A DNA stretch of 64,000 nucleotides, counting the filler, from Basidiobolus ranarum (lineage: Eukaryota), in assembly GCA_040143965.1 (NCBI GenBank). It is 4 parts of 4 records of this genome, joined end to end, with 100 filler letters (N's around TTAATTAATTAA, not from the genome) between each part and the next. Parts side by side here need not be neighbours in the genome. Positions count along the whole stretch, not along the records: positions 16,838 to 33,571 come from JASJQH010000333.1; positions 33,672 to 50,336 come from JASJQH010000334.1; 2 more parts are not named here. One strand, 5' to 3'. How positions within the stretch are numbered: position 1 is the stretch's first letter; the number at the start of each line of letters is the position of its first letter. The position numbers were made by a program, and so were the translations under genes. The notes under the pieces were generated by a model. The model was not told where the DNA came from, made no database searches, and saw nothing but the letters and a program-made list of their open reading frames with translations. Below, one piece after another: positions 25,445 through 37,805 of this stretch.

Positions 25445-27085
25445 CTAGAAAGAGGATTTTTGGACCTTAATCGATTTGAGCATTAGTTTCATTACTTCAA
25501 TATCGAATTGAGCGGTTTGATGCAAGACTAAACAAGAAGCCGAGGCAGCAGCCAATCCATGTTGGAAAGAAGCAACTACATCCTGTAATGAAAATCAGTT
25601 GGATTGCCTCCTTGTTGGGTTACCATAAAGACTGTACCTTGGATTTTGTGTATTCACACAAAAATACCGCACTACACGTATCGCCAGCTCCAAGTGGGTT
25701 GATCTGTAATGGCTTGGTCAGGTCGTTGGACAAAATACTGGAAAGCGTGGGAATCTCAAAGGTATGATATTCACGATGGTTGTTTGAAAAGAGGTAGGCT
25801 CTACAGGTAAATGAATTTCAGCATTCGGTTCAAGACATACCAATGGTGACACTATGCCTACTTCTCTGGACCATCGGTAATCGCCAAATTACCTACTTGA
25901 TAGAGTTCGAAGAATTTGCGTGCATTCGATGGGACATCGTTAGAGTCGAGACTAAACATGAAATCATTCGAACAATTGACGTTTTACTAAGCAGAATCTC
26001 AATCCAATTGAAATACATGTATCTATAATGTACCTTGAACCGTGATGACTCTCAATCAATGTATTCAACTCTTCTCTATTAATCTTCATTACATCGACTT
26101 TGCCAGTATCTAAGATTTTTGTAACGTCTTTATACGCGTCTAAGAGAAATATGCTTTCTTTTGGCTTTGCGGACAATATATTGGCAAAAGATTCGCCAGT
26201 AACTCCGGGTGGATAGGTTCCTAGAGATTGGGGACGTTGAGTGAGAAGCAGAGCCAAAAGATTTTGATTAAATTGAAGGTCTTACCGCATAACGCGATAC
26301 CCAGCAATTCATCAGACCCATTCCTGAGCAGACATTTTCCCACTTCTTCAAAATGCTGTACTTCATCGTCATTCAACCTCTCCGATGGTTCCTGTTCAAA
26401 AAATAAGGGTATTAGGGGTTAATCAGAATATGAGTTGCCTGTAGAGCTTACAATCATTTCGGTCATATTTCCGCTCTCATCATCTAAAACTGTTGTGCAA
26501 CTACGAGTAGTTTTTTCAGAATAAACTAGAGTATTTGCCTCTTAGTCCGTGGTAAAATCTCCAGATATTCTATAGGAACAAACAATACCGTTAACAAGAT
26601 GGAAGCCACGTTCTCTTAATGAAGTCTCCAAAGCCTGTCCCGTACTTCCACCCAATATTTGTAACAAAGTGACCTGATCTCGACATGAATGTTCAGTACG
26701 TTTGAAACGAAGATAGTGATTAATTTATTTACCTTATCTTGAAAACCATATTGCTCGGTGGCTAAGACGAAATTCTGACCTAAAAGTGGATGGTTAGCAT
26801 CTTATAATAACTCAAACTCTGGCTATACTACCAGGCTAAGTTATAATGAATTTTTTCTAGAGAAAATACCTTTTCCACCAATGGAAGTAGTTTTATTTCG
26901 AGCTCGATTCACTTGTCCCACTTTGAAGTGCTCAAAATAAAGAGTGGTTTGAAAAGCGGGATTCGGACCTGTTGAGTTCATTCAATCATTCCTTGTATTA
27001 TTAGAAAAGATAAATTGGTAACAAATGGTGGAGGAACTCTTTTCTAACCAATACACAGTATAGCTCTAGGTTTTTCTTCAGTCAT
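25445..27085 (-). CDS. PfkB/ribokinase-superfamily sugar kinase, 1-phosphofructokinase/tagatose-6-phosphate kinase-like (multi-exon)
   Basis: MTEEKPRAILCIG|PNPAFQTTLYFEHFKVGQVNRA...GGKG|QN; TRSCTTVL; LCGTYPPG-type segment across an intron; KINREEL; ITDGP; NPLGAGDT; GLAAASASC. Confidence 0.87.
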
Positions 27086-28750
27086 GGTGCGTTTCGGTGT
27101 CATAGAAGTGTCAACAAAGTTACCATATACTTGGAATTTTTGAACAGTTGGTCCAAAACTGGAACGTCATTGGATCCACGCAAATCCAACGAGAAATTGA
27201 ATAATACGATTAGTTGATAGTGTTCTAGATTTTTTCTGGATATCAAGATTATAGAGCGGGTGATATATGTATACTACGATTTGGTAGTAGTGGAAAACAG
27301 TTCAAATTCTGATATATAAAGTACAAACGCCTAGTTTGAATAGAACAAGTCTTTAAATTGACTCGACCAATAGCACAACAAAGCATGAAGTCCGCCTAAT
27401 AGATATATATGCTATGCTTCTAAATGAGCAATAGCAAAGTAATATTTAGATAGTAAGGAATAGATATTGCAATGTTGATGTATGCAGACACTTCATATAG
27501 TCAGTAGCGTGGAGTTGGGCTCGTTCATATTCATGCTTTCTTAAAAGCCTCGGTGAAGGATTGAAATGAGCAACTGTTATCATGACATTCTATATATTCA
27601 GTGCTCAAAAATAAACTGAGACTTTACCACCATAGATTCAGAAATAAAGAACATGGGAGTTACAACTCGCTAAAAATAATAGGTTCGTCTGATCTCCGCT
27701 GTCAACCTTTGGTAGCGTGAAGGATTTTGCTTAATAACCGGAGTATTCTTGTCGATCACAACAAAACTTGGCTTCTTCAAAACAACTCTGATGGAAAACC
27801 ATCTCATTACTTTGCTATATTCCAAGGATTTTAGTAGAGCACTCGCTTTCACTAAACATTATAGTACATCCTGGTCTACTTTTGACCAGAGCCATCTTTT
27901 CTAGTAACAAGTCAATTTGGTCACAGTGAAGACACCTTGCATAGCCAAAGTAGAAAGAAGTATCCAAAAGGTACTCTACTCTCAAATACATCCGCCTGCC
28001 ACTGTCTGTAGAAACCTTCATATCCAGTTGCCAACAATAGATTATATGACTTTTGTTGGATTGATGGAAGCATTTATCAGGCAATAAAATCTGAATCTAT
28101 CCCATTTCAAATAAAATAAATCCACTATTCCACATCAGGGCCAAAATATAAGTTAAATGAAAGTTTACACAGATTGATGTGATTAATTCTCTAACACCAG
28201 ATGCTATCGACGATCCAGCATGCGCTTACACATGAATGGAATGCCATTTGGAGATCCACAAATTGATACGCCAAAGAGATGTATTTCTACGAGAAAAGAT
28301 TCCAATGAATCTGGTTTATTCATTGTGATATTATAACTCGTATCTTACCGTAGCAACAATGATATTTACACTGGATCCCTAGAATTGGACAATTAGATAC
28401 ATGAAGGAATTTTGATACCGAAATCACCGGAATGTTTGGAAGGAATAGCTTGTTTAGATGGAGGAATTCAAGGAAATTAATGTTATAGTAGATGGTTTTA
28501 CAAATGTTCCAGAAGGGCTGGTATGGGAGAGGAACATGGGGATGTGCGTATCTCGTTGTGAAGAACAGATCTCTCCTGAAACCAAAGGAGATCAGGTAGT
28601 ATGCAGGGCGGAGTGAGGAGCTTGACCAAAGGCAGTATTAGGTTGTGCTTCATGCCATGTATGCTGATGAGTAACAGATTGCTGATAAGAGAGTTGGGAT
28701 CAACGATCGATCAAGTTTGTGGCCAGAGCCTTGATGCGCCAGAGGGGAGT

Positions 28751-29152
28751 CTAGCATGTAGAACCAAAACATATCAGTTCGTCGTAGTTTTCCATTTGTA
28801 TGTAGTCTTCAGTGGTTGTGAACAGAAAGTCAAAGATTCCGCGGCTTGGAGGGGAGCTAGGTCGTCGGTGGGACTTTTCGAAATCCATCTCAGGTATTTG
28901 ATAGTTGGAAAGGGAGATGTATTCGTTGGGGTTGGGTCGATTCTCAAGAGTTTGTGGTGGATTAGTGCAACATCTTGCTGGGGTGGAGATGTTTTTTAGG
29001 GTAACTATAAATGACTTGAGCTTGTGGGTGTTCATGGTGCCTTGTGCGGTAGCGTTGCTAATGTCTTTGCACTGCTTTGATTTTTTGAAGCGAGGAGACC
29101 ATGATGAATCATTTCCTCCAGGCATGGATCGCTGAAAACAAATACAATTCAT
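28751..29152 (-). CDS. Hypothetical 133-aa orphan protein
   Basis: ATG-initiated ORF with TATATAAA about 70 nt upstream on the minus strand. No recognisable domain. Confidence 0.35.
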   Translation of the reverse strand: MNCICFQRSMPGGNDSSWSPRFKKSKQCKDISNATAQGTMNTHKLKSFIVTLKNISTPARCCTNPPQTLENRPNPNEYISLSNYQIPEMDFEKSHRRPSSPPSRGIFDFLFTTTEDYIQMENYDELICFGSTC

Positions 29153-30179
29153 GTGGGATATCCAAGGTAAAAGGGAAAGGAGGATACGAATAAATTGGGA
29201 TTTGGGGCTGACTCGGGTTTATATATGTGACTTTGCACCGGTTCTCAAAGAATTCTAGCAATGCCTATCGGTGGGATTTTAGATACACACGTCGGTGTCT
29301 AAGCGGAGGTTTCATATATTTTTATCGATGAGACTCCAATTCAAACCCTCAGGGAAAAATCGTAATGCCCAGCTTGCATGAAAGGATCAGCCTATGGCGT
29401 TTCCAGCTTAGCTCGTTGCGCACTTCTCAGTGCATTTAAGAAATTAATGCAACCTTTGAAACCAAAAGAATGGCCCACCATCTCATCACCCAAACGTGGT
29501 TTTGAGAGATGACCATCATATCTCAATAAATGCTGGCAGTCCGCAGTCCTCGAACAAACTATCGGTATTTATAACTTTGATCTGTGTAATCTGGCTGGAC
29601 TGGGCAAGAGATTAGCATGTCTTCAGTTGCTTGGAGCATCAAGCGACGCTTTTAGGCTGACAAATCTTGTCGAAACGCAGCAAAACACCACAAATAGCGG
29701 TATGATCTGTGGCATCAATGATCGCAGTCTCTGCTTCGCAGACATTGCTCGTCATTATGCAACACTGAATCAGCCAAGCCTCAATTCCATCTTGGTGGAA
29801 CGACCTGAGCCTTGTGTGTTCTGGATTGCGATTCTATGATCTCCCAAATGAGGTAGGTTCATCCAGCGTCTGACATAGGGCTGATCATCTCGTGAATGTC
29901 GTGTGCATGCCGGTCTACTAATCAAGCGCTGAAAACCTCGGTAAAATATGCGTCTACCAGAGGATCTATTTGCATCATTCTTTCAACCAGAATCTGCCTG
30001 CTATGAATCCATGCTCCCTATAGGAAGTTCATCCGCACGCAAACGGAGAGAATGGCCACTCGTTTTCATACACCCTTAAACCTGAAACCATCTGGATTTA
30101 GAATACCAAAACTGAGCACTCAGAATGGCTGGCTGTACTATGAGGTGAACTGGAGGTCTAAACATATCGAATCATTATC

Positions 30180-30920
30180 CAGATTACGGTCTGGATCAAA
30201 TATACATTAGCTAAACCCACCCGCCATTGGCTATCTACTAAGTCAACTTTGATATCAGGGTAGATATTGTACGGTGTATATATTCTATACAGAGGTGCTC
30301 AGCCTCAAGCTCTGCATTTGAGATACTCTGCGGATGGTTAGCCTCTATAGCTATTCAAAAGAACCACCGACCATTGAGCTTTCCTTGGTGGCCACATATC
30401 TACTTAGAGTACTACGTGTAAAGGACATTCAAGGATCCTTGCTAATTTCCGAAATAAACAGTGTCTAGCATCTCATATCCATAAGAAACGTACTTCTCAA
30501 TTAAACTAATAAGGTCTAATTACCGACGTAGCAAACTAATCGGTCCTAGGAATCTTCTAAAGTACCTTACCCCATTGAGAAATTCACACAGTAAAACTCC
30601 TGACTTGCTATTGGCATTCTTCCTCTCTCGAATCAGACAAGCTTCTGACCATCATATCATGTCTGACCTGGTTCTCTATTAGTTCCACAGAAACTAGTTG
30701 TGCAGCTACAGTCTAACTATGGATATGTCTTCTTATCTAGACAGTGACACTAGCGTATCAGGCTACCACAAATGACAATTATTGATTCATTGTTGGTTTA
30801 CAACGATATTGTGTCACAGTTTACCCAGCTATAGGGGTGTACGATAAATACACAACGCTCAGATTTAATACATGCTTGTCTATTCGATCGTATCCCTAAG
30901 TACCTTGGACTAAATCCCAT
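30180..30920 (+). mobile_element. Highly degenerate non-LTR (LINE-like) retrotransposon reverse transcriptase fossil
   Basis: Decayed RT motifs in the correct order: GLDQI (about 30188), NHRPLSF (30362), PGSLLVP (30667), IDSLLVYNDIV (30781), GCTIN and PKYLGL (about 30895). Stops and frameshifts lie between them. Confidence 0.5.
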
Positions 30921-33571
30921 AGCGTCACTTTTCTAATAGATTCCATGTGATCAAGGCCGTTGAAGAAGACCTTTTGGCACATGGATGCTTACTTTCCATA
31001 GAATTCACTGATTTCAGCACCATGTTAGGATTCAACCTCTAATGGACCCATTGCACCAGTAAACAAACTTAACATCTGAGAAGTCATTGATTCAATCCTT
31101 ACTCTAGCCATTTATCTTAAAGATCTGAATGCCAAAATCAAATCTAGCACATGCATGAGAAGACTTTCTTTTTCAGAAACTGACCATTCTGTACTCGCTA
31201 ACTCTTGTATCCCGTTGACTCTACCCAAGTAAATCTCTCTCACTCAAAAGATTACCTGACGTTTCAAACAATTTATCTAAATAATTCGGGTTTCAATAGC
31301 GCCTTCTGCACAACTCACACTCAAGAGAAATCGATAAACGCCAAGAGTAAGATAATATATTACACCAGGCAATCTGTCCGTTTATAGCTTCTAGAATTTC
31401 TTTTCTTCATACAACCAATTAGGAGACTAGATATTACTGAAGTTCAATTTACAAGTACTTTTGGGGGGAATTCAATTTCATTTTGTGAGGATATACATGT
31501 ATTCAGGTGCAAGAAGGTAAGTATATGGCCACACCAAGTATTGATAACAGGCGGAATAAATCAGTAGAAAAAATGTATTTGTGGGTAAGTCATTGTGAGT
31601 GGAAGCCCTATATGAATGCATCTCTGAGCTAAAAAAAAGTGCTTGATTTTTTAACCAGCTTGGACATATCACCGTATTGTTGGTACTAAATACATTCTGC
31701 AGTAATTTCCCCCAATATTTAAACCAAACAGGACCATAAAAGCCCAACCAAAACCCCTACACTGTTGAGATGTTGAATCCTGCGGAGGAATAGATAGGCA
31801 ATATTGATTGGGACTAATAGCCAATATATATGTGATCAGTCTTCCACAAGGAGAGGTAAATTTAAATACACTGTTACAAATGTGTTCAGTTACGAATATG
31901 TTGAAGGCATGCTGTAATTGGAATGAAGTTTAGCGTGAGAAGGAAGAATTGACCGTGATTGACGGATTAATTGTTGAAGGACGTTCGCTAAATCAAGTAT
32001 TGTGTTAGAGAGGATATTTAAGCAGTAGTTGAAGAATATCAATAACACTAACTGACCAAGAAGCACGCAATTTACTGCTCTGGTAACAAAGTATAGTAAG
32101 TGAAGAGTTCTCAAGTATATGATACCAACGAGTATGGAGAATGAAACAATGAACTTGGTCTAACAACACCAATAGGTAAATATTGAATGCTTTCTATGTG
32201 GACTCCAGTCACTCACTTTTTTGAACAAGCTGATAAATATTCCTCAATTCATAGTAGTTTTTATTACCATCAAGAAACTCGACGATGGCACTTTGCAAGT
32301 CAAGATAGAGAAAACCTAGTTTGCCCTGTCCAAGCAAATATTGACTCTATTCAACCAGGAGGTAACAAGGAGTAAAACCAGAAGCTAATAATGGCCACAT
32401 TGATGGGTTGCTGTGCGTGTGTGTCATTTAGATTGAAAGTGCAATTGGAAGGAAATTATATGGGTTTCAAAAATCATCACAGAAAGCGACTCAATGAAGA
32501 AACATCAGAAACAAGAGTTTCGATGACTAAATAACACTGGGCCCCATCAAATACTAATACTCCCTCATAGATTTCATTGCTATCGTAAACAAAGAGCATC
32601 CTGCTATCCCTGGTAAGCATTACCTGTTACGACAGGCAGTATTAGTCCAAGATCTCTGTACATCACAGTCACCACTCGCCGATATATTAAGATTTTGTGA
32701 TAGGGTTTTGCAATTCATCACGTGACGAGCCACTGGCATTATTCTCGGCAAGGAAGGCCTTCATCATGATTCTCAAATGAAGTGCCTGGTGGATTTATTA
32801 ATATGAAGGCTATCCACAGATGCAAACTGGGATTGATGTCACGCGATTTCGATGTACTGGATGATTGAAGTGTTCCAACAAATGGCAGTCACATTAATAT
32901 ACTAGAAACCATGCCATATTCTGTTTGGATTATAGAATGAAGTCACGAAAAACTGGAGTAGTTCTAATGAGAGCCTGACGATCGAAGCTCATTAGCTGTC
33001 CAGGAAGTTCGGCCAGGACTGATGCTGTCGAACCGGCTTGAGTTCCGGGGTGTATGCATTAAAATGACAGGTATTGGTCATTTAAATGTTTACCATTCAG
33101 ACCCTCCATTTGATGAGCACATGAACGCTACGTCATCCCACACTCCGAGGATTCACTTTGGGATCGTAACCACAATCAGACATGGACCTAGGTATCTCAA
33201 ATAGATAAAACTTTTCATGCTCGGAACAGTATTGGTTTGGCTAGCGAGGAAGGTAAGCGTTGCTCATAGGTGCAATATCAACGTGTGGAATGTTGTGAAT
33301 TTCTTCACGGCTAATTAAGACTGGAGAGAAACCTTATTTTGCTTAAACGTATGCCACTTGGGTTTACGGTGGAACTTATTTGACAAGCGTGAAGAGGATC
33401 TAATTGAAAAGGGAACTATTCAAACAGACCACTACCTCGAGAACGCCAATGTTCCAATTGTCTATAGAGGAGATCGATTCAAATGAACACGGCTGTATTG
33501 ACTCATCAATCCCCTTTCAAAGGATCAATACTTGCATAAATTCACCTGTAAACAAATCACATAGCTACTGG

Positions 33572-33671
33572 NNNNNNNNNNNNNNNNNNNNNNNNNNNNN
33601 NNNNNNNNNNNNNNNTTAATTAATTAANNNNNNNNNNNNNNNNNNNNNNNNNNNNNNNNNNNNNNNNNNNN
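33572..33671. other. Artificial assembly gap linker
   Basis: N44-TTAATTAATTAA-N44. Confidence 0.97.
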
Positions 33672-35173
33672 TGTAGTGCTGTTTCAGATAAATTGGCCTT
33701 CTGCTTTCCACCTACATCTTGGACCATTCTTCCCAAAAAAATGTGAGAATTTCATTTTTTTGTGAAGCGCAGCCTAGTTTAGCCTACTTGGTCAAGAAGG
33801 GCTGTAATCAGCTATTGATGTACATATGAGGTAGCACCAAGTTTCTTCAACTCAGATTTCTAGGAGGTCTTTAAGAAAGCTGACCTACCAGCAAATAGTA
33901 ACACATACTCACTTTTTAGAACTACTCAACATGCGATAATAAACTGGAATGAGGCACTCAACAGCTAAGAGATCCATCATGCTTTAGAAAGTAGTACACC
34001 TGAAGACCTAAAGAAAGCCCACGGCATAAATCAGGTCGAATCAACAGGCCCAGCAGATCCATAATTATCAGCCCAAAGCTGTAGTCATCGAAGTATACTC
34101 CGATGACGAAACCATGGAGTTCCAATCCAAGTAATGGAAACGAGCCTGGCCATGTCCACTATTGTAAGCAATAACTTTCAAATCAGCAGCAATCAAGGAG
34201 CTATTTGCATGCAACCGTTTGTTTTAGTGATACAAGATTACTCATATCCTTAGATTCTGTCTGACCATTCTTGTAGGTCTAACGAAAACTTGATTTAATG
34301 TGATACTTAATTTGTCGTTCGAAGTTATATCTCTTGATACCAGTCCTACTTGTACTCGTAAGGAGTATTCTAATGAAAAATTAGTAGCTTGATGTTTACT
34401 ACAAAAATTCCTTTTTCTGGGGAAAATTTAAACCTGCCTTCCTACGTTTATGTTGCTTGTAGGAATATTCATATTTGAACCTCACAAATTCATGATATCC
34501 AATATATGTCAATATGAGCAGTAATGAAGTATACCTTTACTCTTGGTAACTCACCTTGATATTTGATAGAGATTTCAAGTTCCTTAGAATATAGCTAATA
34601 ATCAAAACGTGAAAGATATATCTTTGTTACCTTAAAGAATATACTGAATTGTTCAATACGTATGTTTAACCTAGGCTACCAAGCGGAGTGAATGCGGGCG
34701 CAAACAAAGCCTAAAATTAACAAGCAGCACTTTATTTTTTGTTAACAATATGTAAGCGATATCATTAACAAAGATCACTGGAACCGTGAAAAAGTGTGCT
34801 TGAAAGTGTATTGAACAATGAACATTGAAAAAAATGTTGATTTACCCAAGCTCAGAGCCATAGAGAAGGCCAAGAGGTTGTGTGCTGCAGTAGTATGTAC
34901 AGGCCATTGAGCATTCTGACGGTATACCTTGGCTCAGAAAGAACACAATGGGATTATATGTGACGGCTGGTCTTTTTCATGTTCCGTACTTATCTGAAAC
35001 ATGTCCTGATCATAAAATCATCAGGACTTTGTCATAGAATTACGGTTAGTTGTTTTCAAGGCATTCTGGTAAAACTTTTGGAGTTCGAGAAGTTGGTAAC
35101 AACTCAACGAATAAAGTATAAGAATAATAAAAGTGGCGATAAAAATAAGAAATTATCTAGTCTCACGGTACAT

Positions 35174-35805
35174 TCAAGCGATTGTAGGGTTCTCCAAATT
35201 GTAATTTAGTTCCTCCAAAACATTCGATAAGCCAGTATCTAGTTCCGGAAAGTCAAACTGTGTTGAGGAATTTAGTAGCTGCTCGATGTCTTCTAAAGAA
35301 TATGAAAGGGTGGCACCTGCAGCTTTAGGCGTTTCCTTACAATTCGAGGCAACTGAAAGTGACTGATCTGTTGATAAAAGACTCTCCATATCAGCCATGA
35401 AATAATTGTTATTTATAGAGGTGTCGATTTGGTCGTCAACAAACACAACTGAAGGTTGGGAGTTCCCCAACGTCGTTTTTGGGGCTTTCATTTTCAACAA
35501 TTTAGACTTTGCAGAATCAGGTGATGTGGCTTTACGTTTTTTCAGCTTTTTGGTTTGAATGGGGAGAGTACGATCACCTATGAGGTACTCTTCAAATTCA
35601 GTATTGCCAAAAGGAAAGGAACACTACAAGAGAAGTCATTAGTAACCGAATGAGGTTATAGAACAATAAGTAGAATACATACATGTATGTTTTCACACAT
35701 AAAGAACTCAAAATCAAAGCTCAGACGTTGTCGTATAATATTTTTTGTACACAAGGGACATTCTTTTGGCATTGTCTGGAGAGGATTATGTTCAAGTGAG
35801 CTCAT
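35174..35805 (-). CDS. Small two-exon protein with an N-terminal C4 zinc-ribbon motif, a basic NLS-like patch and an acidic tail
   Basis: MSSLEHNPLQTMPKECPLCTKNIIRQRLSFDFEFFMCENIH|CSFPFG...KKLKKRK. Intron 35624-35682 (GTATGT..TAG). Confidence 0.75.
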
Positions 35806-36112
35806 GATAGTTTTCTTTCAGCAAAGCAACAAGTGATATGAAACCTAAAAATATATCCCGTACCACGTGAGCATGATCAAGTTATACTAGATGATCGAAC
35901 AAATTGCTGCGGTGTATCGTTTACATCAGTATCCCAAAATGATGGAACTATCATGTAATGGGGAGGGGAATGACCTACTTCTGCTAATAATTTGTACATT
36001 ACAGAGAATGATATAAACCATCGAAATGCTAGCTTTCAACATGATTTTATTGCTGTTCCAATTAACAAATAAAATGAAAAAATTCGCGAGGTCTATTATA
36101 TCAACGAACACC

Positions 36113-36670
36113 TTATTTCTTCTTGGAGACACCAACAGTTCTTCCTCTTCTGCCAGTAGTCTTTGTGTGTTGACCACGAACGCGAAGACCCCAGTAGTGA
36201 CGGAGACCACGATGAGCGCGAATCTTCTTCAAACGTTCCAAATCTTCACGGAACTTGTTGTCAAGACCGTTAGCCAAGACTTGAGTGTGTTTGCCATCAA
36301 CAATCTCCTTTTGTCTATTAAGGAACCATGAGGGGATCTTGTACTGATGTGGATTTTGGATGATGGTGACGATACGTTCCAATTCTTCATTAGTCAACTC
36401 ACCGGCACGCTTGGCAAGGTCAATATCACCCTTCTTGCATACCATAGTAGAGTAACGTCTACCCACACCCTTAATGGAGGTCAAGGCGAAAACTACCTTG
36501 GTTCTACCATCGATATTGGTGTTGAGAAGACGAATAATGTGCTGAAATTGATTCTTGTCAGGAACGATGAGAGACTAGTGAAAGAGAGTAAATTAGTTCG
36601 TATCTAATTTTGTTGTTTGGACATCCATCGCGTTAATTTTCAAACTAAATCACGAATCTTAACTTACCAT
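36113..36670 (-). CDS. RPS18: 40S ribosomal protein S18 (uS13)
   Basis: ATG|intron|[23 protein letters not shown]...IKGVGRRYS...[24 protein letters not shown]. Confidence 0.97.
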
Positions 36671-37805
36671 CTTTAACGTCTACGACACCAAGTAGGGAAA
36701 GAAGGCAAATCCAGACATCAACTTCTTACTTTATTCAATCTTCTTTCCATTGGATTTTTTTTCCTGTGATGGCTTAGGCCCTCCGATCCGATCAATTTAG
36801 TCAGGTTACTGATAGCCAAATTGCCATTCCATGTTTAAGATAAGTATATCTTTCGTAAGGCTATTGAAGTGTAGTAAAAATACGAGCTCAATTACAAACG
36901 CACATACTTGCAGAGTTGGATACTTGGCAGTAAATAAATATGCTATAGTGTGTATTCACAAATTATTGAAGCAAAAAGAAACGACATCAAGATTCAGGGC
37001 CCGATACCTATCACGAGAGAGACTCGCGAGGATATGTTTACTATTTCCCCTGGTATTTGGAGTTCTCTGAAGAATTGATCTTAGCTATGACATGAAGTTT
37101 GATGAATTCCAAGCTGATACATTTATTCAAGTATTATGCTTCTTCATGTTTGGCCTGACTGCAAAGACAAGCCTCAAATGTTGTCTGATACAAATGTAGG
37201 AGTTAGATATTCCATGGCCATTTCTCAAGTATCCTGCTCCAACATCTCCATTTGTCTATGACGCTTATTAGGCCGGGGGATGTGGTTGACTGCAGAAGGT
37301 AAACCATATTTCATGAAGGAACATCCAACTGTATTTTGGGATTGCTTTCAGTTGTTTCATGTACTATTAATTTTAATGCGCAAACTATTGATATGCCTTT
37401 ACCACGGGAATCACATTCGAGGCAACAATACTGAACTCTGATGATATGACGACACACAAGGAGGCTATCATACCGGAAGTTTATTTTCAGCGAAAGGGAA
37501 GAAATCAGATAATCATTGCTTTGTAGTGATGAGTTGGACTCCAAGCTATAGCTAAAAGATCTCCACCACATAAGAAAATGCATTTGGAGCAGGGAAAAAG
37601 CACTCTAAACCTAGGTATTGATGCTTTGGAAAAAATGAAAATGAAACTCTCGTACAAAGAATGAAAACCTGCACGAGTCAGGATGTGTTTAGTTGGTTGT
37701 ACAAAAGTTGAGAAGGACTTTTAGTAGCTTAAAGACAAAGCAGAAAACCACAGAAAATCCGTACAATTGCTAGAGCTGACAGGAATTTAAAATCTACAAT
37801 ACAAT

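Noticed and set aside
33672-34250. Possible LINE 3' fragment (KAHGINQV; CPL/CKQ...ELFAC)
   Set aside because: The motifs are too short and require frameshifts; not distinguishable from chance.
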